A stretch of 64,000 nucleotides of DNA, taken from positions 124,001 through 188,000 of the forward strand of contig NMRA01000177.1 of assembly GCA_002633005.1 (NCBI GenBank). The letters are read 5' to 3'. The position numbers were made by a program, and so were the translations under genes. This DNA comes from Phoronis australis. Lineage: Eukaryota; Animalia; Phoronida. Positions 25,485 to 38,785 of the stretch are shown here, piece by piece. Under the pieces are notes generated by a model, which was given only the letters and a program-made list of their open reading frames with translations, searched no databases and was not told the DNA's origin. How positions within the stretch are numbered: the stretch's first letter is position 1; every line of letters starts with the position of its first letter.

Positions 25485-26879
25485 TATTTGTGCGACGATT
25501 GTCCGTTTTCTAATCGTACTATGGCCAATAAATGATGTAATTATTTTAAATGTCTGTCACGCAATGTATATTTTACCAATGTGCTGTACACTAAGCTTCA
25601 TGATGGTCACCCAGTCTAATGACCTAACAATTTTAAATTGGAAATTTGAAGGGGAAATACTAATTTCACAGAAAAGAAGTCAACATAAAAGTTGTTCAGA
25701 ATTTAAAGGAGATTTTCACCACATGTACATCTTCATCATAACCTTAGTGAAAATAAACTGATGCACAGTCATCCTCTCACGTCTCGCTCCAGCCATATAC
25801 AATATAACTAAGTGTCCACACTTACATTAACCTGTTAATATCTCCCTTACTAGTAATCGCAGCCATATGGTTTATATGAGAGAAATGTAGGGGAAACTGA
25901 AAACTGTGGAATGCACGTGCTCACATATCTAAACAACGCCCAGGGCTCTCTCAATTTTTGAAAGTGTCCTCGGGTGTGTGCACTCTCCTAGCGCAGCCCA
26001 GCTGGAGCTTATCATAATTGATTGAATACACCTATCGTGTTTAATAGGATAATTGGCAAGTCGGCTGACGTGGCCAGCGCAGGATAAGGTTGAATATTTT
26101 GTGGCTACCCATAAAATTGTGGGAAGTTATTGGAGCGTTTTAAATCGGTGTTTTCTGTCGAAAATTTTTGAAAACGCATTGCATTATAAAATTGGTATCA
26201 AATTATTCCTCGCTCAGTTTAACAGTGATATCTGGGCTCGAGAAAAATTACGATTCAACAAACGCGCACATAACCCGGGGAATACAACTGGTACAGTGGC
26301 GGATCTAGGATACCATAAAGGGGGGCGTGGGCAACATCGTCAGGGAATTGGCCCGGGCATGAAGCGCGATGATTGGATCTGCACAAGCGGCGGTGGACTA
26401 TAAAAAAATAAAAAACGGTAACGTGATTCTGCGTCTGAGCCCCCCCCCCCCTTCGTCCGCTACGGTGGTCCTACCTGACCTCAATATTTCCTCATGCTTC
26501 ACTCTGTTGCTGCAGTGGCGGATCTAGGATATCACAAGGGGGGCCCAACATTTTGTCCGGCAGTAAGCATTTGCTCAAACCACGATTGTAGATGCGCATA
26601 GCACCGAATGGGAGGAGGTCGGGAGGGGGGTTTGCTTCTAACACAAGGAGATGTCATTTGCCTTTCAAAACTAAAGCAAGACTTTGAAGCTGTTCTTCAG
26701 AAAGCTGGTGTGCATGAAGTTATTTGGACAGGCAATCTTAAGAAATATTGTTGAAGCTACTCACTGTTGTAGTTTGTGCCCGACTAAGAGATACAAAAGT
26801 GAATTGAGGCTAGTGTTCAATAATTCACTTGTTGACTCTAATTAACACAGCCCATTGTAACATATTTTGAATCAAACGT

Positions 26880-27165
26880 TTGCCCAAATAGTGCCCGCCT
26901 CCAAACAAGGACTTAGTGTTTGACCCTTCATTGCCTGCGGGCTAATCACCAGTGTGCAGTGCTGTACCCTCTCTAATCGACCATAGTTGGCTCCTTGGCG
27001 GTGGAGCTTTGCAGTTAATATGTATGGCAATGACCGCATCTCTATTGACAGTACTAAACGATGAACGCTGCAAGTGCAAAAAGAACATGTGTGCTGGGAA
27101 ACTGAGTTTGTGCTGCAATGCTGGGTCAAACTGTACAGAAATGTGCAGCTGTGACAACTATAGTA
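26880..27165 (+). mobile_element. Academ-type (AcademX-like) transposon C-terminal fragment with Cys8 zinc finger
   Basis: Broken frames give PPPNKD..LHCLRANHQ, PSLIDHSW...LQLICM and RCKCKKNMC...CCNAGSNCTEMCSC. It lies in an insertion starting at CAGTGGCGGATCTAGG (26294) that is absent from the paralog A flank. Confidence 0.55.
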
Positions 27166-27400
27166 ACACTAGCAACACTGACTGCATAACATTGGATAGT
27201 TCTTTGACAAGCCAGCCCTAAATAGACCTCCAACCCCGTTATTTCCTTTTTTGTATTAAAAAGTTAATTTTATTTGTTGATTAAGTCAAAGAAAGTACAT
27301 ACTTTGATCATTGTCATGTATTTGTCTCATACTGCTTGATAAACGCTGTTAGAATAATCCATTTTCATACAGTCTTTGTGCACATTCACAGAGATCATTC

Positions 27401-27915
27401 AACTATATTGTTTTTGTACTATAACATATTTCTGGTGTATTATGCAAACAAGCTGTATTTTACACCATTAGTCAATGTTTTAGTCATTGAGACACAAATT
27501 TTGCACAGTCCCAAGTGTTTTGTGTTATTTTTGTTGCCTGACAATGCCAGAATAACTTCCTAATAACATTCAGACTTAGTTTGTATTTTGCCACTAGGTG
27601 TCTCTGCGTTTTTTAAATTTCACTGTTTACAATTAATTTACAATAGTAAAACATGTANACTATATTGTTTTTGTACTATAACGTATTTCTGGTGTATTAT
27701 GCAAACAAGCTGTATTTTACACCATTAGTCAATGTTTTAGTCATTGAGGCACAAATTTTGCCCAGTCTCAAGTGTTTTGTGTTATTTTTGTTGCCTGACA
27801 ATGCCAGAACTTCCTAGTAACATTCAGACTTAGTTTGCATTTTTGCCACAAGGTGTCTCTTTACATTTTTTAAATTTCACTGTTTACAATTAATTCACAA
27901 TAGTAAAACATGTAA
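27401..27915 (+). repeat. About 257-bp tandem duplication with an N at the junction
   Basis: The unit actatattgtttttgtactataac...aatagtaaaacatgta is repeated almost identically, with n at 27658. Confidence 0.85.
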
Positions 27916-30409
27916 TGTGAGTGTCATATTATTCAATACAATGGCACTGATGGGACCATATTACTTGTTTTACAAAAAACTATTTTCTAGAGGCCCTACA
28001 AAATCTGGCCCACCGACTATTAGTCTCTTCTCCCTTTTTATATAACGGTATGATAATACACTAATACCACGCTTCTAGAAAGCCCCAGTGATGAAAATTA
28101 TGTTTAAAAGTCATACAATACAGTCAAAAGATGACTTGAAAAACTCCTGTGATTCATCGCCTTCACCGATTGAGGATTAATCAGGTACTTAGTAGGTGAA
28201 ACATTCCCGTTGCGGTACTGAGGTACCCGATTCACAGCTTGAATTGGTTGGTGAAGGCAGCGCTTGTTTAGTGCCCCAGAACTTGGTAGTATCCTGGATC
28301 TGCTCATAAAATTCCTCTAACTGGTTTCCTGCGTGTCTATTAGGGGATAGAGGACCCCCTACCCCCTAGGGGACACGCAGGGAACCACCGAGATAGCTCC
28401 CTTCGGAGTTTGGATGGGTATTTTTTTTCTTCTCATTGGACATTTTTAGTTTATTATGTTTAAGTAGCCAGGTCGCTTTTAGTCCTAACTCCAAGGGGGA
28501 TCGATTTTCCAACAGTTTTTGTTCATATTCAGCCCTGCCAAACTACACGAATTCTGTGTTTTGTTTAGCACGTTTGATGGGCTTTTTCGCCATGTCCCTA
28601 CCACATGATCTGAAACTATCCGACAGATGTTCAACAGAATAATTGTTATTTTGTATGTCTGAAAATTACTGCTAGGTTGTATTTTCTATTTGTGTGATAT
28701 GTCCCACGAAGTCATTGGTACTTCTGGCTTGTTTGAATTTGCTCTGGTGCATTCCATTTGATGTACATACAATAGGGAAACGTGGAACAAATCGTTCATC
28801 CTGACTTCAAAGTCTCAGATATGCTCAAATGAGGAGGTGTCAACCATGGAGTAATCAATAGTACTTTATCCCCTCGAAGAAACAAAAGTGAATGTACCCT
28901 GTGGGTCAAACTTATACCGACCGTCAACAAATTTACTTAACGGAGCACATACTAGTTTAAAACCCCTTCTCATACTGATTTACGTTTGTCTAAATTTCTC
29001 TGGGTAACTCCAAGTGGTCATGTGTGTACCAATGTATTTACAGAGAGAAGGCAAAATGAAATTTAAAATCACACCCTTTCAAGTTTGATGAGACTTATTT
29101 GTTGGTCCAGCTTTTATAACCTTATCGACTTGTTAACATTTAAGTTTATCACCGCCTTCATCCATGACAGTCCACCACGACAGATTCACATCACGACTGT
29201 TCGTTCCTGGTCGACTTTATTTCTCGGTTCTCGGGTTTCACCGTCCCGGACTCGCATCACTGAGTAAATTGACTGTACAAGGCGATTTTAAATAAGAAAT
29301 TTCAGATTTCATTGAGCGTTTTAGTTCCTTGCCCTCATCCAAAATGCCTATGCCAGTTAAAGACCAGTGTTAGTTGTGCTGAGGTCCGTCGGGGATCTTT
29401 GACGTGAACTTAACTTGGTATTGCTAAATTCTACCTTCATAAAGTTTTAACAATGTAGGATATTACGTAAGCTGACAGAATACTGCACTCGTCTCAGATT
29501 TTGTCCATGTCATAAACCTGGAACGAGCGTAGGATTTGCTTTCTCACGTCAACCGTAAAAAACGGTCTTTTTGCCGAAAATCTCGACGTGTCTAAAACTT
29601 GCAACCAGATTACGCGACTTTTGTAAAAACACGCTTGCGCAATGTAAGTTGAACCCAGTTGCTTTTTGTTAATAATTTTACTTTAAACGTAACAACTATA
29701 AAATACATTTAGCTTCCGTTCAAATTGGAATCTAATATAATACTCTTTGAAGTTGTAACATTAAAACTTAACAAATGTTTATAAACAAAGTCAGCAGGGC
29801 TTCCCGCGCGTGAGCACTGAATTGACTTCCAGGATCTACGACATAAACTTGACTTGCTATCGCTAATTTCTACCTTTATAAAGTTTTCAACGTAGGATAT
29901 AAGGTAAATTAAAACTAATGCGACTTACTCTTTGAGTGGTTATTTGCTGATCAAATGTCACTTTTCTGTCTCCGACACTTCTGTACCATTGCAATAAACA
30001 AAGCTCATCACCAGGTCCACTTAATTGGGTCACACAGTAGGGAACGAAGAAAATTGCCAAAGAATACAACCACGATTTATGATGTTACGTTTTACACACA
30101 CTCAGCGACATCTAGTGGTACCGATACTGTAGGGAATGCCTGAGTAACGGTGTTTCATATATCAGTAAAGCATGTCATCTTCAATGCACACCAGCGCCAA
30201 TCATATACAATCTTCAGGGACCGAGTGACTTTATTTTGAAGGTAAAGACTTCAACATTGAAGCACAGTGCCTGGACTGCTGACAACTTGAACATCTTCTT
30301 TTACTGATACATCCTTGAAAACAGTTAAAATGGTACAAAACAGTTCACCCTTCATGGTAATATCTTCCTAGTACAGATGATATTGTAACGCTCTACGTGA
30401 CTGTTTCAT

Positions 30410-30450
30410 ATGGGTCCTGCTATGATGGCAAGCCGGGGTGCACGACGTAA
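30410..30450 (+). pseudogene. Paralog B terminal exon (D)GSCYDGKPGCTT* with a dead splice acceptor
   Basis: Homologous to 2435-2475. It is preceded by ctgtttcat rather than ttgtttcag. Confidence 0.7.
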
Positions 30451-31500
30451 TCCGAATAACCCGAATGTCGATAAGAACTGCGAGAGATTTTCGAAGTAGT
30501 TCCCACCAACAGAGTTCCCCATGGAATTACTTTGCATGTATTTTTTGTTTATTTCTTTATTGAGTGTCTCTCGAGAACCTGGCCTGCACAGTCGACGATC
30601 GCTTTCCAGTACAGCCCTCCAGGACAATTGGGTAATAAGATGCAGATTGGTTGATAAATTAGTGAGTAATGAACGATATAAAAATTACTTTGTACAATTC
30701 ACAGGGATTGGATGCCTTTCTACATGTTGGTTTTGGGGTTCAGTCATCCGATATCTCAGACAGTGTGATTTGGACTCACTAGTAGATCTTAGTAGGAGCT
30801 CTTTTGGAATCAACTAAGATTCTAAAACACAATACAGCCATTGTGGGTTGATTTATGTGTGTTTCACTGGAAAGATCCCTTTGGGAAAAAATGATTACTT
30901 GCTCGCAAAATGACACAGATTGTTAGTTGATATCTTATTACACTGTATTTCTCAGCCATGTACCATGACAGACAAACTGTCAAAATGAACCCTGACTGGA
31001 ACATGTATTTGAAGTCCATGGCTGCATTTCCTGGAGTATTCAATCTCCAACCAGTCTTAAAAATTCCCAGTTTCATTCGAAAAAGTTGTTTAAAATGCCC
31101 CGTTTAATTAGAAATTGTATTCTGCCAATTAATATCACGAACAAACGCGGCACACCGCTTGCACAGGGCTCTTTCTATTTGAGAATAACATCTTTAGTAC
31201 TTACAATGTTTTAGGTTGTTATGCATATTCACAATGAATTACTGTGGTCTTGCACCACATTCACGGGGTTTTAACCGTGCAGATTCCTGGTATGCTCTGT
31301 TATGTCAGAAATATCATTCATTATATTATCATACCATAATGTTTTGCATCGCATTGTATTGCATTTCTTCGTGCTTTTGTATATTATTGTCTTTATTTTT
31401 ATAATATTATCACATAACAGTGGCATACGTCGCTTTGTTGATTTGCAGGCCACTTGATCGTGTAACTCAATTGTTAGATATGAAGTAAAATTTAAGTTGT

Positions 31501-31538
31501 CTGTCCCTCCCTCTCTCTCTCTCCCTCTCTCTCTCTCC

Positions 31539-31569
<31 letters not shown>
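31501..31569 (+). repeat. (CT)n microsatellite abutting the assembly gap 31570-32512
   Basis: Direct inspection. Confidence 0.95.
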
Positions 31570-33327
31570 NNNNNNNNNNNNNNNNNNNNNNNNNNNNNNN
31601 NNNNNNNNNNNNNNNNNNNNNNNNNNNNNNNNNNNNNNNNNNNNNNNNNNNNNNNNNNNNNNNNNNNNNNNNNNNNNNNNNNNNNNNNNNNNNNNNNNNN
31701 NNNNNNNNNNNNNNNNNNNNNNNNNNNNNNNNNNNNNNNNNNNNNNNNNNNNNNNNNNNNNNNNNNNNNNNNNNNNNNNNNNNNNNNNNNNNNNNNNNNN
31801 NNNNNNNNNNNNNNNNNNNNNNNNNNNNNNNNNNNNNNNNNNNNNNNNNNNNNNNNNNNNNNNNNNNNNNNNNNNNNNNNNNNNNNNNNNNNNNNNNNNN
31901 NNNNNNNNNNNNNNNNNNNNNNNNNNNNNNNNNNNNNNNNNNNNNNNNNNNNNNNNNNNNNNNNNNNNNNNNNNNNNNNNNNNNNNNNNNNNNNNNNNNN
32001 NNNNNNNNNNNNNNNNNNNNNNNNNNNNNNNNNNNNNNNNNNNNNNNNNNNNNNNNNNNNNNNNNNNNNNNNNNNNNNNNNNNNNNNNNNNNNNNNNNNN
32101 NNNNNNNNNNNNNNNNNNNNNNNNNNNNNNNNNNNNNNNNNNNNNNNNNNNNNNNNNNNNNNNNNNNNNNNNNNNNNNNNNNNNNNNNNNNNNNNNNNNN
32201 NNNNNNNNNNNNNNNNNNNNNNNNNNNNNNNNNNNNNNNNNNNNNNNNNNNNNNNNNNNNNNNNNNNNNNNNNNNNNNNNNNNNNNNNNNNNNNNNNNNN
32301 NNNNNNNNNNNNNNNNNNNNNNNNNNNNNNNNNNNNNNNNNNNNNNNNNNNNNNNNNNNNNNNNNNNNNNNNNNNNNNNNNNNNNNNNNNNNNNNNNNNN
32401 NNNNNNNNNNNNNNNNNNNNNNNNNNNNNNNNNNNNNNNNNNNNNNNNNNNNNNNNNNNNNNNNNNNNNNNNNNNNNNNNNNNNNNNNNNNNNNNNNNNN
32501 NNNNNNNNNNNNTTAACAATTGATATCAAGACCAGCTATTATTTGAAGAAATCGACAACTCACTTGCCTTGTTAACGTTATTCAGTCCAGTAATTACTGT
32601 CACCGCGTGTCAGCTCACGCAAGTTACTACTGGAATTGTTGAAAGCAATGCTCATGAAGTGTTACATTGCATTTGCTGCAAGCATGATCGGATTTCTTGC
32701 CAAAGAGAACGCACCTACGTTGAGTCTACGTGCTACGGTTGTCATATAGCGATTCATTCGATCCAGTGGCTGCTGCAGTCCTATTCTCCTGCTGAAGATT
32801 CATTTATCTACAAAGGATTTTTTGTCAAATTATGTACAATAAAAATAAACCGAAGTGTCCCTTTAGAATGACAGTGGGCTTAAATGTGTTAAGATCACTC
32901 CTCTAGGTGGCGTCACGTGTCGGCTCCTGCTTTAGCAAAGCACGGCAAAGTGTACCGATCGCATTATAGCGCTAGATGGTGACATGTGCAACTCGACATT
33001 CTCCAGAAAAATACAAGTGAGTTAGCAAATATGTGGCAGTTGAAATTTAGATACAATAGACATAAATGGTGTTTGCTGGCAAACAGATGTTTTGGAAAAT
33101 GGTTTGTTTCAATGTCCACAATATACCGGGTTCCGTAATGGAAATGGCAAAAGCTGAAGTTGTAGAAATAATATATACTTATGTAAGATTAAAGTAAATA
33201 AATAATAAAGCAATTGCAATTTTCTTCCATCTTTCAAATTCGTTTGATACATTTTTTCGGTGCTGAGGTGTAGCCCGGGCAAACTGGATTTACATGTCAT
33301 TCATCTTATGACTAATTTAACGCACCA

Positions 33328-33544
33328 TTTCATGAAGTCCCTCCAAACCAGTTCATCGAGTGCTACATGTGTGAACAAATCGTGGTTGGGGTTGCTTTAG
33401 GTGTCTCGTCAGTACCTACACCGGGCCTTACATTCACTAACACTTTTAGCAGCTTCCTGAGCTGAGCTTACGATCAGATCCGCATGGTGGCAGTGTCATT
33501 CTCCAAGATTAATCTCGTTGGAACCTACTCTGGTGTGTCGATTG
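33328..33544 (+). pseudogene. TKT: Transketolase exon fragment (pyrimidine-binding domain), non-functional
   Basis: Reads FHEVPPNQFIECYMCEQIVVGVALG...TFSSFLS*AYDQIRMVAVSFSKINLVGTYSGVSIG, against animal TKT FIECYIAEQNMV...TFAAFFTRAFDQIRMAAIS..NINLCGSHCGVSIG. TGA at 33463-33465 and donor G|GTAAG at 33545. Confidence 0.85.
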
Positions 33545-36500
33545 GTAAGGTCCTAACCGTCTGAAATGTTATTGGAGACTCCGCATATTCTGGGCTTCAA
33601 ATTAAATTACTACTGCTACCATCCCTTTGGAAAAGGGTCCATTTTGATTATGCAGAAAGAAGAAACTTTACTCTGTAGAATGATTAAGAGTCAGTCTACC
33701 AGTAGATTTGCAACAATCAGTCTATACGCGTCCCCCCCCCATTGAACGACACCTGTTTGGCACACCCCTCCGGCCGGCATCTGATGCCCCCTTGCTACGC
33801 TGCAGAGGCAGTCACTCGGTATGTTTGAAGTCCAGACCATTACTTGTGTTGAATTTTGTTGACCTAATGTCTGTCATGAACTGAGCCATTGATAAAACTG
33901 TCTTTCATGGATTGTTTTCTGACCAGGGGGGTGCAAATGCCAAATTTCCGGCGTAGCAACCTGCCGGGACATTGCAATATCAACCCAAAATTACAAAGAG
34001 TGTTGACCGAGTTGGTGAATTTTTTGCACTGAACAGAGGGCCATAGCCCTTTGGGTACCCCATCTTTCTATGCCAGTGGCTCTCATAACGAAGATAAAAA
34101 ACGAGAGCAAGGCAGAGTCGACTTCTAGTCGCCTTCACAGTCTCCATGTAAACAAACAGTGACGCCATCTATCACTAGAAGAACGCATGCAGTCATAATT
34201 TATGTACATGATTTATGTAATAAGCAATAATCATCATTGTTGTTTTCAGAGAATGGTAATTTGTAATGTTGTCTGTTTTTTTTCTCCAAGATACAACTAC
34301 AAGCTTTTAAAGTCGTGTTTTGCAAGCTAATCACATGTTCCAAGAGCCTACTAAGAACAGGACCCGGCAATGCGGTTCGTGTGATGCTTTGCAAGCAAAA
34401 ACTATGGAAGTGGCAAGATTTTTTATTTTAGATTATGAACAGGCTATAAATGACTGAACAAATTAACAGAACATCTGGCTTTACTTATGCGTCGTTTGAA
34501 CCCGTGATACGGTTTAAACGTACGCACTCTTTGATGAAAGGATGACTTAAACCGCGGGGTCAATTTGTCACATTTTTCTAGAAAGGGGAATTCAGTAACA
34601 ATAGGACATCTATAAAATTTAGCCAAAATAGCGTGTTATCATTTAAAATACACGGCAATATTGCTGACAAAGTCTCAGCTTCACTCTGGAAGATAGGAAT
34701 TTTAGGCAATCGTTTGGATCTGAAATTGATGATTTCACTGCAATTACAAAAGTGCAGTTTTCATTGGCGTGGCCGAAGTGGCCCCATGACAGGATATGTC
34801 TGGCCAGCCCCGGCCAGGGGTCCACTTAAATACAATGTAGTTCCACGCTCTCTTCTTTCGATAGCCTGTCATAACTAGTGTTTTCAAAATCATGGAAAGT
34901 CAAAACAAATTCATAAGCGATTTTTGGAGCACGGTATTAATAAGGCGAACACATCAGTACGATAATTCATATACCCGAAGGCTAGCGTGATATTTGGATT
35001 CTCACAATTTTATTGTATGCGTTATTGTGTTGGGTGTCTTGAATATGATTCCAGTGTTTTAACTTTTTTCTTACCGTAACTACCATGATGAGCAAGGGAG
35101 AATTATTGTATGAATTGATGAACTGATGAACGATCTGTGTAGCCAATATGGAGAGACTTTAAGAGTCAATAACGGATGTTGAGTGTAAAAGAAATGTTTT
35201 TAACCAAACATGTTGGAATTGCACGAAATAACATCGTAACTGGAGAGATGAATGGATTTGGGGATTTCAGAGAAAGCTTTCAACGTAGGGGAAATGGGTC
35301 TTTGTCCTGAAAAACGTCTTTGCTCTATTGTATGAGAAAACATAAGACATATTAACACTGGTACATCGTTAAGTTTGTCCTTTAACCTATAATTCACAAT
35401 TAAAGATCCTATCCTCATTAAAACTGCGAATATTTAGATTTGTAGCAAGCGCCACCTTGTGACTTCCTGGAAAACTGTGTGTACAAGTCTAATCAGGAAA
35501 ACAAACAATTTGTGAGTAAATTGCAGTTTTAAAGAAAATGCCACAACTGATGCCCTTAAAAACAAGTGTGAGAATATAGAATACCCTAGTAATTCCAAAT
35601 ATTACGGAATCGTTATTTGATAGTGAAATAAACAAATAATAAAAACTGCGTCTTGTTTCATTAGGGTAACGATAACATGCTACACAGACTACACTCATTT
35701 ACATATAAATAGTCTCGCAAAAACGAGACTTTCACGAGATTATAAAGATAACTGCTTGGATGGTTTCATCCGGGGTTGTTTGTAAACTAGTACATTTATT
35801 TGTATATTCACAATTTAATGAGACATAGCATCTTTAATGCAGTCGTAGATAATAGAGTTAGTTGAATACTAAATGATTGTCTGCCTTAATGATATAAACT
35901 GAATTTCAAACTACGTTTCGTCTCTTTATTATCAAACTCCGTCCAACTCTTCTCCTGGATAACAGATGGGGCTACAGAAGCGCCTCGCTAATGGCGACCT
36001 TATGATAAGGAAATATTGTCCCTTCACCGCTGATTAACCAATGAAAAGCATCTGCAAATACAAGAAAATTGAAACGTCACGCATTTTCTATAGCATTCAC
36101 TGCTTCAGAGCAGTAAAATCTCACGTAAGATATGAGATTCACTCCATTATTTTTACTAAACATGGTTAACGAACCTGGTGAAGCTTGAACTTCGCATCAA
36201 GTGAAAGCAATCCATTAGTCAAATCTACAGAGTACTTATAATGATTAGTTTTTAATCGAAATCATGTTTGTTCTGTGTTTTGAATCGAAACTGTCTTTGT
36301 TATAACTGCGCTCGAAAATCTCTTATAGTTAGCAATTGCTTTTTTATGAAGTTTTATGATTGATATGCAGGATTATCAACCCATTTTACTTCGCGATGGT
36401 CTTACTAGAGATAAAGAATGATTTCCTTCTACAATTTAGAAAGATTTGAGGTATAAATTTGTTTAGCTGATTTGAAGCGGGTGGCATAGGAGAACATTTT

Positions 36501-38639
36501 GACTTGGTGAAGAGGCCCTTTTACAGTGAATGGGATTAGACGTGCAGCACTTCATTAAACAATGCATTGGGAGGTGCACGCTGGTGTGTCTCCGTTGTCG
36601 ATCTGAATTTTAAAATTTTATTCTGCCGATTCTTGTTTTTCAATTTGGGTGTTGAACATTCAAATGTCCAGCTGCACAGCAGGAGTTGACTTCAATACAA
36701 ACCCCAAAACGCCTGGCAAAAACGTACGATGTGTCCGAGAAAGACTCATTCATAACAAAATGATTGACATTGGTGTATATTCATTGTAATGTCTTGGACA
36801 ATTAAAGTGGAAATAGCATTGTCGTTTAGTTCCTGCCATACATTAGCACGCATTATGTGTACCCCGAATTAAAATTTAACTGGCGACTGTCAGCTCATAA
36901 AAGTTTAAAGAAGCAGAGGACTGAGAGACTTAACTTAACCAAAAGCGTGAAATTGTATTAGATTACTCTTGCTTACAATAAATCTCACAAAGATGCCGGA
37001 ATAAAGTCGTTATGACGATAGATTCACCCCAACCTTAACGTGCCGTGTAAGTAAACAAGTAGTTGTGTATTGACAGCTTGGTTTGCTGCGAAGATTTATT
37101 GACATGACTTTAAAACGGAAACCTGTATGCGTCATGGATTTGCCATTGATAGTTGAGTAATAAGTACAGCCCTGGAATATCACCGTTTTCATGAGCCCAG
37201 GCAGTTTTCGAGCGTTTAGTGTTTAAAAGATTAGTTATCCACAGAAAGGATGAATTAGTTTTATTTCTAGGGAGATAGGAGTTGGAGAATGGGAGGAGGG
37301 AGATGGGGTGTGATTAGGTAGGCGATTGGGGTGAGGGAGAGGGAGGGAGGGAGTGGGTACTGGAGGAGGGATCGTAGTCAATAGACGGCTTGGAACAATT
37401 CCATTAGCCAAGTTATCATATCGAGAACGCCAAGAAGTTTTCTAAGGCGACCATTTGCCGTCATAGTAGGAAGTTTATAACTGTTGGAAGTCAAGAGATG
37501 ATCGTTGCAATGACTGCAACACTTGACCTCCCATGAACGTGGAAAGTAAAAAAGATGTGGTCGACGACTCGAGGTGGCATAAACGGAGTGTGCCATTCTG
37601 GCTGGTGATTTGGAGATGGCCAGAGTCTCTTTGAAAGGCTGTGCTTCCAAATAAATTCCATACAAAAGGGTTATTCCAAAACAAAACGATTCCTTTTGCA
37701 ACAGAACTACTGAAGGATATCGCATACTAATGTGGCTTATTGTGTTAAAAAGATTAGAGGTAAGAGAGCTTTTTATTGAATTTAATTCAATTTAACCAAG
37801 GAATTTGCGTAACTATATTATGGGAAAGGGTGAAATTTTCCTAGCAGTTCCAATGGAATGGGTCCCTTTCAATAACCGTAATTACTCACAGAAACGGGGT
37901 ATTTGATCTTGCTGGCTGCACAAAAGCGTGCGTATCCTAATTTCATAGCGGCACCCCTCCCCCACCCCTAAAAATAGTTGAATACTCCGTCCTGCGGGAG
38001 TCAAAGGCACTGCTGATCGGCAGCCGAACTACTATTACCAGACTCTGTTTAGGCCACGCAGGCCGTAGGGTGTTAAATATTATTGAGGGAAGGGCATAAA
38101 CTAATTCGATTTCCCCAAACTTTTGACCCCGACTCATGGACCCAAGCTTCAGATCTTACAGTTATCACCACCGCCCGTTATACGCGAGTCTACTTTGTGT
38201 GGGGGATACCTAGGCGAGGCACCCACCATGCAGAAACCTCGCTACCCATGTTTCAACTAAATTTCACAAGGAAGATCGCTGATTGGACCTGGACGCGTGC
38301 GTGTGTTTAGGGTATGGATTTGGCATGTAAAATGAATGAACTTTACTTTTTAAGTTGCAAAAGACATACTGTCGAAATCGTCCTAAGGGTTAAGTAAGAA
38401 ACTCCTACAGCGGGTTCTGACATCCAGAGAAATACGAGAGTAAATAGTATCACCAATCGTTCCAATGTTCCGTTAAGGTCAAGCTTCAATTTGTAAAGGT
38501 CGAGTTTGCATTACAATATGTTCACTAGCCCGTTGCGGTTTACGCAAAAATCTGTGTTTACAACAGGGTCGTTTCGAAATACACGGCGACAGAACTCTCC
38601 TTTGTCCTAGAGATAAGACTTAGTTTTGGAAATCAAGCA

Positions 38640-38785
38640 CATTTTCGTGTCTCATTGATGTCGGGAAGGCGAAAATTTTCAGAACATGCATCCACGGGTA
38701 CCGTGTCCAGTCTACCGAACTTTTTCACGTCGCCGGCGAGTTGCAGCCCACAGCACAGCAGTAATACTTCGTTGGAATTGGAAGG
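38640..38785 (-). mobile_element. THAP-domain remnant of a DNA transposon
   Basis: Minus strand PTKYYCCAVGCNS...YPWMHVLKIFAFPT resembles the THAP C-x-V-x-G-C ... F-x-F-P pattern. The element ends were not identified. Confidence 0.45.

Larger units (their letters stand above)
18592..30450 (+). pseudogene. PAN-TLDc paralog B: three coding exons (18592-18946, 24167-24685, 30410-30450), probable pseudogene
   Basis: All introns are phase 1 and join in frame. There is an in-frame TAA at 24520-24522 with homology continuing after it, and the last acceptor is tttcat rather than tttcag (30409). Confidence 0.75.

Noticed and set aside
27401-27915. Tandem duplication as a biological repeat
   Set aside because: An N at the exact junction and near identity suggest an unmerged contig or haplotype overlap.
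31467-32529. Long ORFs of 339-350 aa
   Set aside because: Artefacts of the N gap and the (CT)n repeat.
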